Of a stretch of 29,511 nucleotides of DNA, positions 25,551 to 29,511 are shown piece after piece. The position numbers and the translations under genes are program-made. The notes under the pieces are model-generated. The model had not been told where the DNA came from, did not search any database, and was given only the letters and a program-made list of their open reading frames with translations. The stretch is from Anaerolineae bacterium (lineage in GTDB: Bacteria; Chloroflexota; Anaerolineae; Aggregatilineales; JAFGMM01). Numbering within the stretch: the first letter of the stretch is position 1; each line of letters begins with the position of its first letter. The stretch covers positions 1 through 29,511 of the forward strand of contig DAOTXU010000333.1 of NCBI GenBank assembly GCA_034435135.1, in the 5' to 3' direction.

Positions 25551-26453
25551 CTACCGCCTCGTCCTGGGATCAACGATGTCGCGCAGGCCATCGCCCAACA
25601 GGTTGAAGCCCAGCACCGTGATAAACATCGCCAGGCCCGGAAACACCGAGATCCACCACGCCTGCCGCAGCAGGCCGCGCCCTTCGCTTATCATCACACC
25701 CCACTCCGGCGTCGGCGGTTGCACGCCCACGCCGATGTAGCCCAGACTGGCGGTGATGAGAATCGCAAAGCCCATATCCAGCGACGCCTTCACAATCACC
25801 GCCGACATCGCGTTCGGGATCAGGTGGCGAAAGATCGTGCGCCACCGGCTTGCGCCAATCGCGTGCGCCGACTCGACAAACGCCTGCTCACGGAGCGAGA
25901 GCACCTGCCCCCGTGTCAGGCGCGCAAAGCCAGGCCACCACACCAGCGCAATGGCGATCATGGCGTTGAGCATCCCTGCGCCCAAGGCGGCGGCCATCGC
26001 CATCGCCAGCACCAGCGCCGGCACGGTGAGGAAAATGTCGGTGACCCGCATGATGACCTCGTCCACCCAGCCGCCCGCGTAGCCGCTTACCGCCCCTACC
26101 GGTACGCCGATCAGGATGGCGATAAACAGCACCACAACCCCGATGGTCAGCGAGTTCTGCGCCGCGATGAGGGTTCGGCTGAACACATCGCGCCCCACGT
26201 CGTCGGTGCCCATGATGTAGGTCTCGTTGGGAGGCGTCAGGCGCGCGCTCATGCGCGTGTTGCCGGTGGCGTCTTCCGGGAAGGGGACGACCAGCGGGCC
26301 AATGAGCGCCACGAGAACGATGAAGGTTACCATGACCAGCCCCAGGATTGACAGCGGACTCTGGCGCAGGCGGTAGAGCGCGCGTTGAAGCTCCTGGTTG
26401 CCTTGCGTGAGCAAGCCGCGATCCGGCCCTTCAGTGTGATACGCGGTCGTCAT
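25551..26453 (-). CDS. Oligopeptide/dipeptide ABC transporter permease (OppC/DppC-like).
   Basis: 300 aa, multi-TM, with the BPD_transp_1 EAA-like region (SAHAIGASRWRTIFRHLIPNA). Confidence 0.8.
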   Translation of the reverse strand: MTTAYHTEGPDRGLLTQGNQELQRALYRLRQSPLSILGLVMVTFIVLVALIGPLVVPFPEDATGNTRMSARLTPPNETYIMGTDDVGRDVFSRTLIAAQNSLTIGVVVLFIAILIGVPVGAVSGYAGGWVDEVIMRVTDIFLTVPALVLAMAMAAALGAGMLNAMIAIALVWWPGFARLTRGQVLSLREQAFVESAHAIGASRWRTIFRHLIPNAMSAVIVKASLDMGFAILITASLGYIGVGVQPPTPEWGVMISEGRGLLRQAWWISVFPGLAMFITVLGFNLLGDGLRDIVDPRTRR

Positions 26454-27460
26454 GAGGCATACCTGATTCTGGGGTCGGAGACCGCATACAGCAGATCGGT
26501 CAGCAGGTTGACGACCACAATCGCCAACCCGACGATCAGCGTCACGCCCAGCAGCGGCACGAAGTCCTTGGTCAGCGCCGCCGAGACCGCGTAGTTGCCG
26601 ATGCCGGGCCAGCTAAACACGTTCTCGACCAGCACGGAGCCGGTCAGCGCGTAGCCGAAGAACAGCCCCACCTGCGTGAGCGTGTTGAGCGACGCATTCT
26701 TCAGGGCATACTTCAGGATGATGACCGTTTCCGGGATGCCGATCGCCCGCGCCGTGCGGATATAGTCGGCGCAGAGGATCTCCAGCGTGTCCGCGCGGAC
26801 CGTGCGCGCGATGGTTGCCAGCGCCCCCAGCGACAGGCAAAGCGCCGGCAGCAGCAGGTAGGGCAGCGCCAGGCCGAGGGCTTCAAAGTTCAGGGTCAGC
26901 AGGGCGTCAACAACGTACATGCCCGTGATCGTCTGCGGCGGCGCGGCGATGCGACTGTAGCGCCCGGTGATCGGAATCCCCGGAATCGAGAACGCAATAG
27001 TCAGTTGCAGCACAATCGCCAGCCAGAAACTCGGCAGGCTCACGCCCCCCAGGCTCAGAAAACGCGCGACCTGGTCCGGCCAGCGATTCTGGTAAATCGC
27101 CGAGATCAGCCCGAGCGGCACCCCGGAGATGACCGCGATGAACATCGCCGCCAGGACAAGCTCCAGCGTCGCCGGAAAGTAGCGGCTCAGGTCGGGGGCG
27201 ACGTCGCGCTGCAACACCACCGAACGCCCAAAGTCGCCGTGCAACAGCCCAATGACGTAATCGACGTACTGTTCCAGCAGAGGCTTGTCGTAGCCATATC
27301 GCTGGCGCAGGGCTGCGATCTGTTCATCTGAGGCGCGCGGGCCGGCAGCCAGCATCACCGGATCGGCAGGAATTACACGCGCGATGAAGAACGTCAGGAC
27401 CGATAGTCCGAACAGGACAACGATGATTAAGAGCAACCGCCGGACGATATAGCTGACCAT
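26450..27460 (-). CDS. Oligopeptide/dipeptide ABC transporter permease (OppB/DppB-like).
   Basis: 336 aa. N-terminus MVSYIVRRLLLIIVVLFGLSVLTFFIARVIPADPV is canonical for DppB/OppB. It overlaps the next gene by 4 nt. Confidence 0.85.
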   Translation of the reverse strand: MVSYIVRRLLLIIVVLFGLSVLTFFIARVIPADPVMLAAGPRASDEQIAALRQRYGYDKPLLEQYVDYVIGLLHGDFGRSVVLQRDVAPDLSRYFPATLELVLAAMFIAVISGVPLGLISAIYQNRWPDQVARFLSLGGVSLPSFWLAIVLQLTIAFSIPGIPITGRYSRIAAPPQTITGMYVVDALLTLNFEALGLALPYLLLPALCLSLGALATIARTVRADTLEILCADYIRTARAIGIPETVIILKYALKNASLNTLTQVGLFFGYALTGSVLVENVFSWPGIGNYAVSAALTKDFVPLLGVTLIVGLAIVVVNLLTDLLYAVSDPRIRYAS

Positions 27461-27485
27461 CTCGAACTAACCTGAAGGGCCGTCA

Positions 27486-27524
27486 GTGATTCTCGTAGGG
27501 GCACAGCACTGCCCGTAGCGCGTG
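27486..27524 (-). other. Intercistronic hairpin between the SBP and the first permease gene (11-bp perfect stem gtaggggcaca / tgtgcccctac, 17-nt loop).
   Basis: Seen directly. Its position downstream of an SBP gene is typical of attenuating or mRNA-stabilising stem-loops in ABC operons. Confidence 0.45.
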
Positions 27525-27599
27525 TGCCCCTACATGACTGCCTGGTGCGGCCCGCAGGGGCGCGGCGCGCCTTGCCCCTGCCAGGCCGATCGATGCACC

Positions 27600-29165
27600 T
27601 TACTCAGCCACGGCGAAGAAGTAGAAGTCCTCCATCGACCCCATGACCGAGCAGTACACATCGGCGTAGTTGACCAGCCTCGGCCCGACGATATGGTCCT
27701 CCGGCGTGGTGGCGACGAAGACGTTGGGAGCGTCCGCCAGGATCAGTTGTTCAGCCTGGGTGTACAGATCGGCCCGTTCTTCGGCGCTGGTGGAGGCGCG
27801 GGCCGCTTCGAGCAGGGCGTCAACCTCCGGGTTGGCATAGTGGCCGGGGTTGGTCCAGTTGCCGGCCAGGGACGAGTGGAAGGCCACCCACAGGTAGTTA
27901 TCCGGGTCGGCGAACGCGGTGCTGGAGTAGAGCGGGAACATTTGCGGCGAGGTCTCCGGGTCGGCGAAGCGCGCCACGGCGTCGGCCCAGGGGATCGCCG
28001 TAATGGTCACGTCGATGCCGATTTCACCGAGCGAGTCCTGCAACACCAGGCCGGTGCGCCGTTCATCTTCAAGGCCGGTCACGTAGACGTATTCGAGCGA
28101 CGTGCCGTCCGGGTACGCGGACTTGGCGAGTTCCTCGCGGGCTTTGTCCAGGTCGCGGCGGTATACCGGTTCGGCGACCGTTGTCAACGACGGCGGCAGG
28201 GGGCCATTCAGCAGGGTCGCGCGGCCACCCCAAATCGCAGCCATCGCGTCATAGTCTACCGCGTAGGCGATGGCGCGGCGCAGGGCGGGGTCGGCGGTCG
28301 GCCCTTGCACGGTGTTCAACTTGATGTCGTACACCGTCAGCGTTGGACCGGGGGCGGCCATCATGCCGCCGACGCCATCGAGCGCGTTGATGTCGTCCAC
28401 GGTCATCCAGTCGATCAGGTCCACCTCGCCGCTCTCCAGCGCGAGCCGGCGCGCTGAGGGTTCGCGGGTCACCAGGCGGATAACCACATCGGGGTGATTC
28501 TCGTTGGGCCAGCCTTTCCAGTAGTCCTGGACGGCGACGAATTCGTACAACTCGCCAGGCTGCCAGCGCCCCATCGTAAACGGACCGGAACCGGCTTCGT
28601 GGTCGGTCAGGTAAGTCACACCGTCGTCGTCGCCCAGGTTGGCCTCGACGACCGCCGGGTTGACGATAAAGAACCATGTGAGGATGTCCACGAACGGCCC
28701 ATACGGTTGGTCCAGCTTGAACTCGACGGTGTATTCATCAAGCGCCCGGGTATTCCCCGGCGATAGAATGCCCACGAACAGCCCCGCCGCGCCCTGTCCC
28801 ACGCGCAGCAGGCGCTCGGCGGAATAAACCACAGCCTCGGCGTTGACCGGGCTTCCGTCGTGGAACACCGCGTTCTCGACCATTTTGATCGTATACGTGA
28901 GTCCGTCGTCGGAGACGGTCCACGTGTCGGCCAGCCAGGGGATCGCCTCAGGCGGGTTGCCGACATAGCGGAACAGCGCGTCGTAGAATTGCTTGAGGGA
29001 ACTGCCGATGGCCTGGTCGAAACCCACCGCCGGATCGACGGAGTAGACCTCCACCAGGCTGCCCATCACGACGGTGGTGTCATCTTGAGCCGCAACCGTC
29101 TGTGTGGCCCCTAAGGCGATCAGGGCAGCAATAGCAACGAATAAACGAACTCCTTTGGCGTTCAT
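27600..29165 (-). CDS. ABC transporter substrate-binding protein, family 5 (OppA/DppA/NikA-like).
   Basis: 521 aa. Signal peptide MNAKGVRLFVAIAALIALGATQTVAAQ, then the SBP_bac_5 pattern (...YTIKMVENAVFHDGSPVNAEAVVYS...). AAGGAG RBS lies 7 nt upstream. Confidence 0.85.
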   Translation of the reverse strand: MNAKGVRLFVAIAALIALGATQTVAAQDDTTVVMGSLVEVYSVDPAVGFDQAIGSSLKQFYDALFRYVGNPPEAIPWLADTWTVSDDGLTYTIKMVENAVFHDGSPVNAEAVVYSAERLLRVGQGAAGLFVGILSPGNTRALDEYTVEFKLDQPYGPFVDILTWFFIVNPAVVEANLGDDDGVTYLTDHEAGSGPFTMGRWQPGELYEFVAVQDYWKGWPNENHPDVVIRLVTREPSARRLALESGEVDLIDWMTVDDINALDGVGGMMAAPGPTLTVYDIKLNTVQGPTADPALRRAIAYAVDYDAMAAIWGGRATLLNGPLPPSLTTVAEPVYRRDLDKAREELAKSAYPDGTSLEYVYVTGLEDERRTGLVLQDSLGEIGIDVTITAIPWADAVARFADPETSPQMFPLYSSTAFADPDNYLWVAFHSSLAGNWTNPGHYANPEVDALLEAARASTSAEERADLYTQAEQLILADAPNVFVATTPEDHIVGPRLVNYADVYCSVMGSMEDFYFFAVAE

Positions 29166-29212
29166 TTCCTGCTCCTTGAAATTGCATGAGAAACTGGCGA
29201 GGATTCGAGTGA

Positions 29213-29221
29213 ATTATATCA
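29213..29221 (-). promoter_or_regulatory. Extended -10 element (TGATATAAT) of a candidate promoter for the opp/hyu operon.
   Basis: On the minus strand, TGaTATAAT about 45 nt upstream of the SBP ATG, in an AT-rich 5' region. Two palindromes lie further upstream (29346-29369 and 29406-29426) and could be operators. Confidence 0.4.
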
Positions 29222-29511
29222 GGTTTCAGACACTCGTGATAGCTTTTAGAAGTGTGTGATGTATTGAAGCAAACCCTACGCAAGTGAATGATCCCAACAA
29301 CATAAAGCTTATGGCGATCATATTGATTGAGGCTGTGATCTGGGAGCCGGGTAGAGCTAGCTACCGGGCACTGAACGCATGTTCGAGAAAAAGGCTCTAT
29401 ATTCTCTTACCTCACCCTAAGGTAAGACCACAGAATAGCGTGGAGCGCCTCAGAGTGGGTGATAACACCCCATATCTAAGCCGAGTCACCGCAACCCGTG
29501 GGCGAGGACAG

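Overview
High-GC (~65%) bacterial chromosomal window. The gene content and the sigma-70-like promoters look Chloroflexota-like, but I cannot verify the source. Almost all coding sequence is on the minus strand, in three main blocks. Block 1 (29165->19216) is an Opp/Dpp-type peptide ABC importer (SBP, two permeases, two ATPases) followed by hydantoinase/oxoprolinase genes hyuA and hyuB; a flotillin-like SPFH gene sits just downstream. Block 2 (16912->6998) is a Liv-type amino-acid ABC transporter in the order livG-livF-livH-livM-SBP, a terminator hairpin, then a separately promoted set of four enzymes: glutamine-synthetase-like ligase, amidohydrolase_2, a Cys/Met-metabolism PLP enzyme, and an M20 peptidase/deacylase. 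Block 3 (6663->2181) is a two-gene hypothetical operon (a GDKV-repeat protein and a coiled-coil protein with predicted C-terminal TM helices) followed by a V4R-domain protein, a REC/degenerate-GGDEF response regulator and a GT2 glycosyltransferase. One plus-strand SLC13/DASS permease with tandem TrkA-C domains lies at the 5' end. The most interesting items are: (i) a roughly 135-bp hairpin-rich dispersed repeat in three copies (156-289, 4713-4850 inverted, 6798-6877 partial), with compensatory stem changes in copy C, bracketing both the two-gene hypothetical operon and the 4.4-kb regulator/transporter segment; (ii) an ABC ATPase ORF that runs in frame, with no stop codon, into hyuA; (iii) a ~125-aa C-terminal extension on HyuB with an HTH/leucine-zipper-like look. 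No rRNA, tRNA or CRISPR was seen.
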